Origin: Candidatus Obscuribacteraceae bacterium | GTDB taxonomy: Bacteria > Cyanobacteriota > Vampirovibrionia > Obscuribacterales > Obscuribacteraceae | Assembly (NCBI GenBank): GCA_044226015.1 | Contig: JBGAHS010000001.1 | Coordinates: forward strand, 800,001 to 864,000 | DNA: 64,000 nt | Direction of reading: 5' to 3' | Shown: in pieces, positions 19,164-29,135 of the stretch | Position numbering within the stretch: the stretch's first letter is position 1 | Layout of the letters: the number at the start of each line of letters is the position of its first letter | Position numbers and translations under genes: made by a program | The notes under the pieces: model-generated | Told to the model about the DNA's origin: nothing | Databases searched by the model: none | The model's input: the letters and a program-made list of their open reading frames with translations, nothing else

Positions 19164-20150
19164 TTGGCTACGTCTCTCGTTGTGTTTTTGCTTGCTCAGG
19201 CGCTTTGGCAGGTTCAAACTTTTGCTGATTTTGAAAGAGTAAAAAATGAACCTGTACTGAGTCCACGTGCTGGATTATTTGATTCAGCTGGTGCTTTTAA
19301 CCCTGCTGTGGCTGAGTACAAGGGCAAAGTGATTATGCTATATCGTGCCCAAGACAAGGATGGCGTGTCGAGAATCGGGTTTGCTGAAAGCGATGATGGA
19401 ATCAATTTCAAAGCCGACCAAAAAGCTCTGCTTGATCCCAAAGAAGCTTATGAAAAAGATGGTGGATTGGAAGACCCTCGTTTAGTGAAGATCGATAGGT
19501 TCTATTATTTGACCTATACCGGATACAACAAGAAAGATGCACAGCTCTGTCTGGCTGTTTCAACAGACTTACGCAAGTGGAACCGTATGGGAGTTATAAT
19601 GCCCGCCGGAAAAGGCATCTGGAACGTTCGCTGGACTAAATCTGGTGCGATTATCCCGAAAAAAATAGATGGCAAATATTGGATGTTCTACATGGGTGAT
19701 GCCGCCAATGGTGGCAATGATCAGACGGGTATTGCTTGGTCGAAAGACCCAAGCAATACATGGCTTGATGCAAGCAAGGAACCTATTCTACCTCGTCGCC
19801 CCGGCATGTTTGACTCGCGAGTTGTTGAGCCAGGACCAGCGCCTATTTTTACAAAAGATGGAATACTGCTGATATATAACGGGGCTGACGACAATCTGGT
19901 GTATCGCACAGGCTGGGCGTTATTCGATAAGACTGATCCTCGAAAACTTATCGCAAGATGCAGCAAGCCGATCTTTGTTCCAGAGAAAAAATGGGAAAAA
20001 GAAGGACAGGTTCCGAATGTTGTTTTCGTGGAAGGTGCGCTGAAAAAGGGTGATAAATGGCTCTTCTATTATGGCGCTGCTGATACTCACGTTGGTGTGG
20101 CAGAATCAAAACTGCATGATTTGATTCTGCATGACGAAGCAAAAAAGTAA
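19164..20150 (+). CDS. Glycoside hydrolase family 130 protein, likely secreted beta-mannosidase type
   Basis: FNPAV, MLYRA, GLEDPR, VPNVVF, YYGAAD; N-terminal signal-like segment. Confidence 0.9.
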   Translation: MATSLVVFLLAQALWQVQTFADFERVKNEPVLSPRAGLFDSAGAFNPAVAEYKGKVIMLYRAQDKDGVSRIGFAESDDGINFKADQKALLDPKEAYEKDGGLEDPRLVKIDRFYYLTYTGYNKKDAQLCLAVSTDLRKWNRMGVIMPAGKGIWNVRWTKSGAIIPKKIDGKYWMFYMGDAANGGNDQTGIAWSKDPSNTWLDASKEPILPRRPGMFDSRVVEPGPAPIFTKDGILLIYNGADDNLVYRTGWALFDKTDPRKLIARCSKPIFVPEKKWEKEGQVPNVVFVEGALKKGDKWLFYYGAADTHVGVAESKLHDLILHDEAKK

Positions 20151-20205
20151 ACTGCTGGACTAAGTCAGGCTATGAAGCAAGCAAATAGTCGTGAGTTTTT
20201 CCTGT

Positions 20206-20850
20206 TCAAATTTCAAATACTATGGGTGGATTTATGGGCACGTAGTCTTCATCACAGCTAGATGCATTTATCATTTTTATGATTTTTCCATCAGAGCGTT
20301 TGTGCTCAGCAATGCCGTAACCCAAATGGATATGACCAAATACCATATATTGTGGCGGATAACTCAATTGATTTGAAACCACTTCAAGCAAGTCTGCGCA
20401 TCCAACATGTTCGCCGCGCGGCACATAGTCCAGATAGCCGTAGGGTGGTCCATGCGTCATCAAAATGTCGACGCCTTCTGGAATCATTCTCCAGTGGCGT
20501 AGAATGTCTTCTCCGCGCTGGCGATTGAAAGCCCAGTCAAAGAACCAGGGAGTGATGGGCGAGCCCCAGATGCTTATTCCATCGAGTTCTATGCCCGAAT
20601 TTTCCAGATAGACAGTACCCGTTCTCTCGGCAATATCGTAGGCTGCCTGCGGGTTTTGCTCAATGCCGAATTCGTGATTTCCAGCAATCCAGACTTTGTG
20701 TTTCTGGGGCTGTTTTTGCAGCCAATCTTCAAACCAGGCCAACTCATGACGTTTGCCCTTAAACGTCATGTCTCCCGCCACAAGAAGCAAGTCTGCCTCT
20801 GGCGTGACAACATCACGCATATGGATGTCACTGACTGCCACGCATTTCAT
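20206..20850 (-). CDS. Calcineurin-like metallophosphoesterase (MPPED/239FB-like)
   Basis: SDIH, AGD, GNHE, THGPP, FGHIH. Confidence 0.92.
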   Translation of the reverse strand: MKCVAVSDIHMRDVVTPEADLLLVAGDMTFKGKRHELAWFEDWLQKQPQKHKVWIAGNHEFGIEQNPQAAYDIAERTGTVYLENSGIELDGISIWGSPITPWFFDWAFNRQRGEDILRHWRMIPEGVDILMTHGPPYGYLDYVPRGEHVGCADLLEVVSNQLSYPPQYMVFGHIHLGYGIAEHKRSDGKIIKMINASSCDEDYVPINPPIVFEI

Positions 20851-20892
20851 TTAGGCTTGCAACGCCCTGGGGCATTCCTTCCAATAAAAAAA

Positions 20893-20965
<73 letters not shown>

Positions 20966-21070
20966 ACAGGCTGTTATCGCACTCATCGAGTGCAACGCGG
21001 TTCAATATACCACAGAAAAACACCCTTTGCTTCTAAGGCAGAGTGCTTTATTAAGCCAAGAAAACAAGTT

Positions 21071-23644
21071 CTATAAAGCCATGCTGGTGGCGAGTTTCTT
21101 CAATTGAATCATGTCGTTTTGAACCATCAATGCGGCTCCGCGCCAGACCGTATGCGTTGGCAGAACATCCAATTTTTCGAAGATTACCTTGAGCTGAATT
21201 TTTCCATTTGCAAGTGCAATAATCTCTTTCATCGCCTTCTCTTCGTCAGGCGACGGTGGGTCTTTCATAGCTTTCATCTTGGCGAAACCCTCGCCATTTT
21301 TTGCGCTGGGCTGGGGCCATACATAGAGAGAGGTTTCTCTAATTACCTCTAATGCTGAGGTGTAATGGTCTCGTGCCAGGGCACCGTCCATCAAAGCTCG
21401 TTCCAGGCTGCCCGGAACATCGAACGCTTTCGGCAGTTTGCCAATGTCATCTAAGGTTTGTCTATCGATTGCTGTCAAATCGCTAAATGCAAACTCTCCA
21501 GATTCAAATAAGACGAGAAATTCGATGATTGATGCTGTTCCAGTAAACTTTCCTAATCTGGCTTTGGTCGGCTTTCCATTCTCCAGGAAGCACCAGAACA
21601 TTTTGCCTTCTGGGTGAGTTACTGTGAGAATGCCGCTCTTTCTACTTATTGAGAGTGATTGCATCAACGCTGCAGGGTCGAAGACATCTAGAGACCCACC
21701 AAGGTTGCTTGCCAGTTTTGCTGAACGAAAAGCTTTTGGAACAGAATTGATGTGGGCAATCTTGTTTCTTTCTGATTGACCACGAGCGTATGACAGCGCT
21801 GTCTCGACATTGATGATCAGCTCATCCATGCTTGTGGAATCTTCGGGGTAGCTAGTTATACCGATGCTCATGCCCCAGCGTCCGACACCACATGGATAAT
21901 CTTCGCCCTCGAGCACCTGTCTCAATCGTTGTGCAAAAATCGTTGCTTTTTTCGAATCTACCTGACGCAAAATAAGTAAGAACTGTGCGCCTTGATAGCG
22001 AATTAAATGATCGCCCCAGCTGCCCATGGTTTCTGTACGTCGTTGCTGCAAAAGTTTGTCTATGCGTCGTCCGAGTTCCTGAATGACGGTATCACCCGCG
22101 GGGCGTCCGAATTTTTCATTGATGGAAAGTACGTCGTGTCCTTCTACAAGAAAGACAGAGAAGGGACGCTTTTCTCCACTAGCTGATTCAGAAGAAGCAA
22201 GCAGTTGCTGAAACAAGTGAGGAACGTAAGCTTTGTTTGGCAAACCAGTGAGTTCATCTGTTCTGGTAGCTTCAACCTGCTCTTCATATATGACGATGTG
22301 ATGAAGAGCTTTAGCCGCAACGTTGGAAGCGCGATTCATTACTCTTGCAATATGCTCAAGGCTTTGATCTTGCCCTCTGAAGAACAAGACCAGAAGTGCA
22401 AGTCGACGTCCCTGAAAACGCAAAGGCGATTGAATAACATAGCGGGCGCCGGTAAGCTGTGCGATTTCTCTGAACTGTGATTCAGCTATATTGCTTGGTT
22501 CCATCACAGTGCACAGATCAGTGTCAGAGTCTTGCAGTCCCTTCATCACGCCGAGACCTTTGTACACTTCTAGAGGATTATTTTGAAATCCAATATGTGC
22601 TACTAGATTTGCTTCTTGCTTTTTGTTTATCGTGAAAAACAGCGCAAACTCAAACGAGTTCGGAAACTCACTATGAAACATTTCAAGCAAGGTATCGCTG
22701 ATTCCAGAAATTGTTGTGTGATCATCAAACGCGTGACCGAGACGATCGACGAACTGGTTTTCTGCTTCTTTCAAATAGAGTACTGTTTTTTCTTTCTTCG
22801 CCTGTGTGAGTTCTTGTTCAAAGCGAGAATTCAACTTCTTAATTGTGGTGTCGCGCTCACGTAGGGTTTCGTCTCGCTCTTCAATGATTTTGTATTTGGA
22901 ATCAATAAATAAGCGAGTATCGAGTACTTCCTTAGCTGCCCCGGCAAGGTTCAAGTTTGGTATAGCCATGCCGCCTGATGCTGCTTCTTTCTTGCGATAA
23001 AACGCGAACATTCGTCCAAGAGGAACGGTGACTGAAAGTGCATACGCTAAAGCTGTCAGAAAGAGCGTGCCCCCAGTCATACTGAGTGCTAAAGCTAGCG
23101 GTACATTCGTGTCTAGCATATCGCCCGACAATGACACATCGCTTGCGCGGAAACCGGCGTGGAGATTGAAACCTGGCGCGATTGTAGCTACTGACTCGTA
23201 GTAATTTTTGTCTTTGAGCGTTACGTTTCGCGAGCTTTCTTCGTATGTTGGAAGTGTTGGCGCATAGTCACGGGTTTGAGGAAGCACCTTGCCTTGCTGG
23301 TCTGTGATGTAATACCAGGCAAGGTTGTTCTCGGCCATAAGTCCCAGAATTGAGGGCAGTTCTTTTGGAAGAGTGGCTTTTGGCTCGGGCTTGTCTTGTT
23401 TTGGCGTGTCGGCGTTCTGATTCTTGTTTTTCTTGCCTTTTTTCTTTGGCGGTGGATTGTCTGGCTGTTTATCCGGCTGTGCTGGGGGCTGAACCATCTG
23501 TTGGCTTAGTTCAGCGGCTAGCTTTGCGCTGACAGCATCTCTGTGTCCGGCTAGCATTCCTGGCAGCAAAAGATTTGCCAAACCGGTGATTCCGAAGATA
23601 CCGATTAAAGCCACAATCAAAAGGCGTATGAAAAAATTACTCAA
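21071..23644 (-). CDS. Membrane sensor with GAF-like, degenerate GGDEF and DUF4388 (PatA-N-like) domains
   Basis: Two TM segments; TDELTGLPN, INEKFGRPAGD, RYQGAQF; LGGSLDVFDPAALMQSLSISRKSGIL...GEFAF. Confidence 0.85.
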   Translation of the reverse strand: MSNFFIRLLIVALIGIFGITGLANLLLPGMLAGHRDAVSAKLAAELSQQMVQPPAQPDKQPDNPPPKKKGKKNKNQNADTPKQDKPEPKATLPKELPSILGLMAENNLAWYYITDQQGKVLPQTRDYAPTLPTYEESSRNVTLKDKNYYESVATIAPGFNLHAGFRASDVSLSGDMLDTNVPLALALSMTGGTLFLTALAYALSVTVPLGRMFAFYRKKEAASGGMAIPNLNLAGAAKEVLDTRLFIDSKYKIIEERDETLRERDTTIKKLNSRFEQELTQAKKEKTVLYLKEAENQFVDRLGHAFDDHTTISGISDTLLEMFHSEFPNSFEFALFFTINKKQEANLVAHIGFQNNPLEVYKGLGVMKGLQDSDTDLCTVMEPSNIAESQFREIAQLTGARYVIQSPLRFQGRRLALLVLFFRGQDQSLEHIARVMNRASNVAAKALHHIVIYEEQVEATRTDELTGLPNKAYVPHLFQQLLASSESASGEKRPFSVFLVEGHDVLSINEKFGRPAGDTVIQELGRRIDKLLQQRRTETMGSWGDHLIRYQGAQFLLILRQVDSKKATIFAQRLRQVLEGEDYPCGVGRWGMSIGITSYPEDSTSMDELIINVETALSYARGQSERNKIAHINSVPKAFRSAKLASNLGGSLDVFDPAALMQSLSISRKSGILTVTHPEGKMFWCFLENGKPTKARLGKFTGTASIIEFLVLFESGEFAFSDLTAIDRQTLDDIGKLPKAFDVPGSLERALMDGALARDHYTSALEVIRETSLYVWPQPSAKNGEGFAKMKAMKDPPSPDEEKAMKEIIALANGKIQLKVIFEKLDVLPTHTVWRGAALMVQNDMIQLKKLATSMAL

Positions 23645-23848
23645 CCAGCGCGCTCAGTTCTAATTAGAATCAACTTTTCGCAAGACGACCCGATCATTAT
23701 AACCAGCTGTGAAAATCTACGCAAAGTTTGACTTTGCTCGACTTGCGGATTCTTTATATTCAAAATGCCGCGAAATCGACATAACTTGCATGCTTACTAG
23801 CGGTATGGCTAGATTAAATGTATTGCAATTCCTACAATCGTTTTTCTA

Positions 23849-24553
23849 TTAGTAGACACTGTTTCCGGGAACGGCAGATGCCCGGTTGAAAAGTCCTCCG
23901 ATTCGGAGTCCTCCAGAGTCGCGTTTGACAAGATAGTCAGTACTTAGATTTTGCACTGATGGGCGAGGACCCTGTTGCAACATGAGCTGTCCGGTGACGT
24001 TTACAACTACACTGCCGTCTGGGTTTGCGGCGATTGGGGTCACTGAAGTCGGAGTAAAGGTGCCTCGAATTCGACCGGTCAAAATTGCGTCGGACATTTC
24101 GGGAGTCCAGAAAGCTTGGGTATAAGAGGGCTGAACCTGAGGGACCACCCACTGAACAGCTTCTTGTCTGTTTTGGGCAGCCGTTTGGGGGTTGAAGTCC
24201 ATGGCTTTACCAATCCACCAGGTTACGAAGTCGTTAGCTAATTTTGGAGAAAGGGGCTCTGTCGCTGGCGCTGCTGCCGCCGCCTTGTTTTGAGCAGCTT
24301 TTTGCTGAGGAGCTTGACTTTGAGGGCGATGCTCTGGGCCTTGCTTCGCTTGATTATCTTCAGCCTCGTCGTCCTTGCTCTCGCCGGTGCTTGCTTTTCG
24401 GGAATCGCGCGGTCCCGTGGCAATGCGGTCGCCACCGTGCCCACCGCCGAAGCCGCCTACAAAAATCGATAGAACGCCAACAATAACAAGGCCCGCAAGG
24501 ATCTTGTCTTGAAAAATCTTCTGAACAAATGCTCTGGCTAACTCGTAAAACAT
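23849..24553 (-). CDS. Bitopic protein with VirB8/DotI(IcmL)-like periplasmic domain
   Basis: Start reassigned to MFYELARAF (24553); one TM, low-complexity linker, then NDFVTWWIGKAMDFNPQTAAQNRQEAVQW and a beta-rich C-terminus. Confidence 0.6.
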   Translation of the reverse strand: MFYELARAFVQKIFQDKILAGLVIVGVLSIFVGGFGGGHGGDRIATGPRDSRKASTGESKDDEAEDNQAKQGPEHRPQSQAPQQKAAQNKAAAAAPATEPLSPKLANDFVTWWIGKAMDFNPQTAAQNRQEAVQWVVPQVQPSYTQAFWTPEMSDAILTGRIRGTFTPTSVTPIAANPDGSVVVNVTGQLMLQQGPRPSVQNLSTDYLVKRDSGGLRIGGLFNRASAVPGNSVY

Positions 24554-24744
24554 GTGACGGGGAAACCAATGATCAACTTTATAGTTATCCTCTATTTTGT
24601 TAAAAAAGCCACAAAAATCAATCGTGAAGTTCCCATAATGCGGACAAATCAGCATGTTAAGCAGATTCTGGTTGTAGAATTTGAAGCGTCTGTGTAATGT
24701 CTTACTGACAAGGCACAATTCACAGCCTGACATGGTGGACGGAA

Positions 24745-25113
24745 ATGAGTGGCGAAAATCCGGACAAGGACACTCAATTGGTGAAGGATGAAGAGCTGGC
24801 AGAGGATGATGCTGCTGGTGATGATGCTTTCCCCTTTCCATTTTCTGCTGAAGATGCGCTGGCTGGAAGCAGGAAGTATGTGGCTTACACAGTGAAACTG
24901 CCATCAGAGCAGCTCGCTGCCTTACAAAGTATTTGGCTTGAACTGAAGCGCATGTATGGCACGCACTCTCCAGACAAGAGCGGAATAATTCAGCAAGCGA
25001 TTACTGAATGGCTCAAAAGATGGGACAGTGAAGGTCCAGAGAAAGCGCAGCTTCTGCGGCAACTTTTGGAAATTCGGCAAAACACAAGAAAACGTCAGTA
25101 TCGCAAGCAATAA
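24745..25113 (+). CDS. Hypothetical protein, acidic N-terminus plus possible ribbon-helix-helix domain
   Basis: YVAYTVKLPSEQLAALQSI...DKSGIIQQAITEWL pattern. Confidence 0.6.
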   Translation: MSGENPDKDTQLVKDEELAEDDAAGDDAFPFPFSAEDALAGSRKYVAYTVKLPSEQLAALQSIWLELKRMYGTHSPDKSGIIQQAITEWLKRWDSEGPEKAQLLRQLLEIRQNTRKRQYRKQ

Positions 25114-25255
25114 TCAGTTGATTGACATTGCTAAGAAATAGCTTTGATTGAAGTGATACCACATACGGTGATTTCGTGGGTCCTTCACCATGCATTCTCA
25201 CGATTGCTTTTCTGCTGATGCACTCTGAAGAACTGCGAGCGCTTAATTTAAAGGC

Positions 25256-25294
25256 AAACGGCAACGGACAAAGAAGTCCGCTGCCGTTTTGTTT
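25256..25294. terminator. Probable bidirectional intrinsic terminator
   Basis: aaacggcaacggac-aaagaa-gtccgctgccgtttt between convergent genes. Confidence 0.7.
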
Positions 25295-25321
25295 CTCAAT
25301 CAGAGCTGGCTTGTGAGAGGC

Positions 25322-25876
25322 TTAAGCTTTGTCGTCATGAGAAGGACCACCTGGGCCGCCGGGTCCACCATGACCACCTTTGAAGTGGCCATGGTGACCA
25401 AAGCCGTGATGACCATGGCGACTACCGAAGCCCCCTTCGAGCATACGGTGTCTCATGCCATCACGTTGTTCTGGGGTTAACACAGAGAGCATGTCCAATT
25501 TAAAGTTCAGTCTTGCTTTGTCGAGGTCGGCTTTGACCGCTGAAATTCTCGATTCCAGATCATTTGCTTTATTGCGATCAATGTCCTTCGCTGTAAAAAC
25601 GTCTTTCATCTGGCGTCCCAGAGAATCCAATTCTGCGCGTTTGGAAGCCGTGCTATCAAGGAATTGATTCTTTAGTGAGCTCATCTTCTGCAACTGCTCA
25701 TCGGAGAATTTTGCACGATGTCCTCGCTCACAAGCGCCGTCCTTGCAGCCATCGATTTTCTTTGCAAAGCTCGGCTTTGCCTCATCTTTGCTGTCTGTGT
25801 CGGCTGCAAGAACTGGAGTTGCGACTGCCAGACTCGCAAGGACAATGTTGAAGATTTTTGTTTTCGTATCGGCCAT
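25322..25876 (-). CDS. Spy/CpxP-family periplasmic chaperone
   Basis: Signal peptide; FSDEQ and VLTPEQR (LTxxQ) motifs; His/Gly tail. Confidence 0.88.
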   Translation of the reverse strand: MADTKTKIFNIVLASLAVATPVLAADTDSKDEAKPSFAKKIDGCKDGACERGHRAKFSDEQLQKMSSLKNQFLDSTASKRAELDSLGRQMKDVFTAKDIDRNKANDLESRISAVKADLDKARLNFKLDMLSVLTPEQRDGMRHRMLEGGFGSRHGHHGFGHHGHFKGGHGGPGGPGGPSHDDKA

Positions 25877-26166
25877 GATTTTTTCTCCTTTTCAAAATCA
25901 TCTTTCGAAACTTCATTCCAGGTCAAAGCAAGCTGCAAGGAACGGGAACCCAGTGCCCCTTACAATCAAAATTGTTATATGCCTGAAGCTTTTAGAGATT
26001 CAAAATTCGTTTTCGTTTTGGTCGCTCGTCTTTTTTGAACCTTACTCTTTCACTGACGCCGTGCTCACCAAAATGTTCGATAAAATAGATTAACTTGGAT
26101 TAATCTGTATCTGGAAAGTATTTGTCCATCAGGTGGCGGATGTGAATTGGTTTGTGTAGCTGATCA

Positions 26167-26196
26167 AATGAAAAGCGAGACCTCCTGGTCTCGCTT
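26167..26196 (-). terminator. Intrinsic terminator after dedA
   Basis: aagcgagacc-tcct-ggtctcgctt stem, U-rich tail on the minus strand. Confidence 0.8.
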
Positions 26197-26199
26197 CTA

Positions 26200-26233
<34 letters not shown>

Positions 26234-26245
26234 TTCGGACGGAGC

Positions 26246-26857
26246 TTAGTCGTGCTTCAAGTGATGATAGAGGTAGAATCCAAATCCACCCAGCACCACG
26301 AGGACAATAGCTATATCGAATTTATGCCAGAGATCACTGAACACTTCCATGTTCTCACCGAATTTGATACCAACCCAGGTGAGGAAGTAACACCAGATTA
26401 GCGAACCGACAAAAGTAAATAAGGTAAACATCCAGAAATGCGCTTTTAACATTCCTGCTGGGAATGAGATGAACGTGCGCACTACTGGAAGCATCCTACA
26501 AATAAAGAACGCCCAATCGCCCCACCGGTCAACCCACTTATCTGCATGTTCCAGGTCTTTTTCTTTCAGCAACAGCCATTTGCCGTGCTTTTCCACGAGA
26601 GGGCGTCCACCCCACATACCGAGGAAGTAAGAAGGTATAGAACCGAGCACGCAACCAATGGCTCCAGCAAGCGCTGCAAGGTGAATATTCATTTTTCCTT
26701 GCTGAACCAGAAGTCCTGCCGTGGGCATTATTGCTTCGCTAGGTAATGGAATATTGGCTGATTCAATAGCCATCATTATGATAATTCCTGTATATCCCCA
26801 AGATGCAACAGCATCTCTTATCATATGAAGAATAGGATCAATGAACTGGTGTAACAC
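26246..26857 (-). CDS. dedA: DedA family protein
   Basis: ESANIPLPSE, RMLPVVRTFISFPAG. Confidence 0.95.
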   Translation of the reverse strand: MLHQFIDPILHMIRDAVASWGYTGIIIMMAIESANIPLPSEAIMPTAGLLVQQGKMNIHLAALAGAIGCVLGSIPSYFLGMWGGRPLVEKHGKWLLLKEKDLEHADKWVDRWGDWAFFICRMLPVVRTFISFPAGMLKAHFWMFTLFTFVGSLIWCYFLTWVGIKFGENMEVFSDLWHKFDIAIVLVVLGGFGFYLYHHLKHD

Positions 26858-27021
26858 GGCAGACCTCTGCGTTAGGATATTGTTGGCATTCTATACGTTT
26901 GGCTTCGGTCTTACTGGAAACCAAGTTCAGAAAGGGATTTCAAGCGGAGCCTTTTGCGTGAAATCACGGGAATACTAAAAGAAATCGCTCTAATCTAAGC
27001 AATCGATAATTTAGGTGGGAA

Positions 27022-28980
27022 ATGACAGCAACTCAAGTACAGTTCAATGCCTCCACTCGCTTCTTTACTATAGCCACCGCGGGTCATGTCGATCATGGCA
27101 AAACTAGCTTGTTGCGCAGGCTTACTGGTATTGACCCTGACCGCCTCAAAGAGGAAAAAGAGCGGCAGATGACCACTGATCTTGGCTTTGCTTATCTACC
27201 CTTAGATTCCAATCTGGTACTCGGTTTCGTGGACGTTCCTGGCCACGGCAAGTTTTTGAAGAACATGTTAGCTGGAGTCGGGGGAATTGACCTTGCACTG
27301 CTGGTGGTGGCGGCAGATGAGGGTCCTATGCCTCAAACTCGCCAGCACGTGAGAATTCTTAGTATGCTCGGAGTGAGCAGAGCCCTTGTTGCTGTAACGA
27401 AAATAGATCTTCTGCAAGACCGAGAAGAAATAGAGCTGGTCATTGATGATACTCGTGAGATGCTGGAAGCGCATGGAATTAAGGCACTCGACTTCATCCC
27501 GATATCTTCAAGCAGTGGTGAAGGCTTTGATGTTCTGCAACTTGCATTAAAAAATGTTTTGTCGGAGCTGCCAGAGCGAGACCTTCGTTCGACATTGTTT
27601 TTGCCGGTCGACAGAGTTTTTAGCAAAGCGGGCTTCGGGACTGTAATCACTGGTACTGTTGTCTCTGGAAAAATTGCCGTCGGGGATCAATTGTTCATTG
27701 AACCGGGTGATATTTCAGCTCGTGTCAGACGATTGGAAACGCATGGTCAAACTGTAAATGAGGCTCATCCCGGACAACGTGTTGCTTGCAATCTCGTGAT
27801 TAAGGAAGGAGAGAAGCTCAGTCGTGGGTTCGTGTTGACTGGTGCTGCGATCAGTCCATCGCGCTCGCTGATTGTCAGTTTGTCTGATCGCCCCCGTCTT
27901 TTGACTCAGCCGCTTAGCGAGCGACTCTCCGACCAACCTATTCGTCTCTACCATGGCACAGCCGAATACCAGGGCTACCTGCGTTGGGTGGAAGATGAAG
28001 AACTTGATGCGGCAGAAAATTCTAAATATCAGCAGGGCTTGGGCTTTGTTGCATTGCAAGATGACGGAGTACTTTCTGCTCAGGATAAGTTTGTGATTCG
28101 CTTGACGGATGACACCATATATGGTGGCTCAATCCTTTTGCGGGATAGACCCAAATGGCTAAGTAAAGGCGAGATTCTTCAACTCGCAAGAATGCTCGAT
28201 AAGGAACAGTTTGCAGAGTCGCTGAAGCTATTTCTAGATGAGGCTCCGGCAATGATGCTTCGAGAAGCGCAGCTCTCGATGATAATTCCTGAGTCAATAT
28301 TAAAAATACAAATTGAGCAAGGACTAAAAGACGGTTCTCTGCTTCGCTTGAGCGAGTTCATACTAAGTAAAGACGCTCGCAAAACACTCAAGGAAAGGTT
28401 ATTACACGCTCTCACCGAGTTACTTGCGCTTCCTGAAAATGAGGAGGGTGCAAACATCGAAGTCTTGCGTCAGAAACTTCAACCGAAAATTGAGAGAATT
28501 GCATATCAAGCTTTAATCGAAGAAGAAAGCACCCAGAATTCTATCGTTCGCAAAGGCGAGTTTGTGCTTCTACCTGGAACCACTTCCAGCAAGGCGGCTT
28601 CTCCGGCGTTGGCAGAGGCTGAGCAAAAAGTGCTTGCTGTGTTGGACAATTGCTGGTGCCTTGAACTTGATGAAATCGCTCAACAATCTGGTTTGGATCT
28701 CAAGACAGTTAAGTCTGTTGTGAATAAGCTGACAAAGGCGGAAGAGCTTGTTGTTGCTAGCTTCGATTTTATTGCGCGAAAATCGAAAATCGACGAGGCA
28801 CACCAGGTGCTGGCAGACTTGTGGACAGCAAAACGAAGTATCGCACCGACTGACTTCAAAGAGAAAATTGGGGTGACACGCAAATATGCGATGGCATTGT
28901 TGCAATACTTCGACGATAACAAGATTACTCGCAGGCTTGAATCAGGAAGGGTTTTGCTAAAGGGCCCAACCCGCCGTTAA
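27022..28980 (+). CDS. selB: Selenocysteine-specific elongation factor SelB
   Basis: [37 protein letters not shown]-terminal winged helices with [13 protein letters not shown]. Confidence 0.95.
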   Translation: MTATQVQFNASTRFFTIATAGHVDHGKTSLLRRLTGIDPDRLKEEKERQMTTDLGFAYLPLDSNLVLGFVDVPGHGKFLKNMLAGVGGIDLALLVVAADEGPMPQTRQHVRILSMLGVSRALVAVTKIDLLQDREEIELVIDDTREMLEAHGIKALDFIPISSSSGEGFDVLQLALKNVLSELPERDLRSTLFLPVDRVFSKAGFGTVITGTVVSGKIAVGDQLFIEPGDISARVRRLETHGQTVNEAHPGQRVACNLVIKEGEKLSRGFVLTGAAISPSRSLIVSLSDRPRLLTQPLSERLSDQPIRLYHGTAEYQGYLRWVEDEELDAAENSKYQQGLGFVALQDDGVLSAQDKFVIRLTDDTIYGGSILLRDRPKWLSKGEILQLARMLDKEQFAESLKLFLDEAPAMMLREAQLSMIIPESILKIQIEQGLKDGSLLRLSEFILSKDARKTLKERLLHALTELLALPENEEGANIEVLRQKLQPKIERIAYQALIEEESTQNSIVRKGEFVLLPGTTSSKAASPALAEAEQKVLAVLDNCWCLELDEIAQQSGLDLKTVKSVVNKLTKAEELVVASFDFIARKSKIDEAHQVLADLWTAKRSIAPTDFKEKIGVTRKYAMALLQYFDDNKITRRLESGRVLLKGPTRR

Positions 28981-29135
28981 GCGCTCCCTCCAAATTTAAT
29001 CAGCGCCACGTTAATTCTGATCTTTGGACTTCAAATTTAATCGATTATTCCAAGCGAATAATTACGTTCAGTGTTTTAATGGCATTGGGTTGGCTTGATT
29101 TATTTTGGTCCTAACACTTGTTCAGGAGATAGCAA

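Noticed and set aside
24554..24904. N-terminal 117-aa extension of the DotI-like ORF
   Set aside because: Overlaps the divergent gene and intergenic promoter region; ATG 24553 gives a normal bitopic protein
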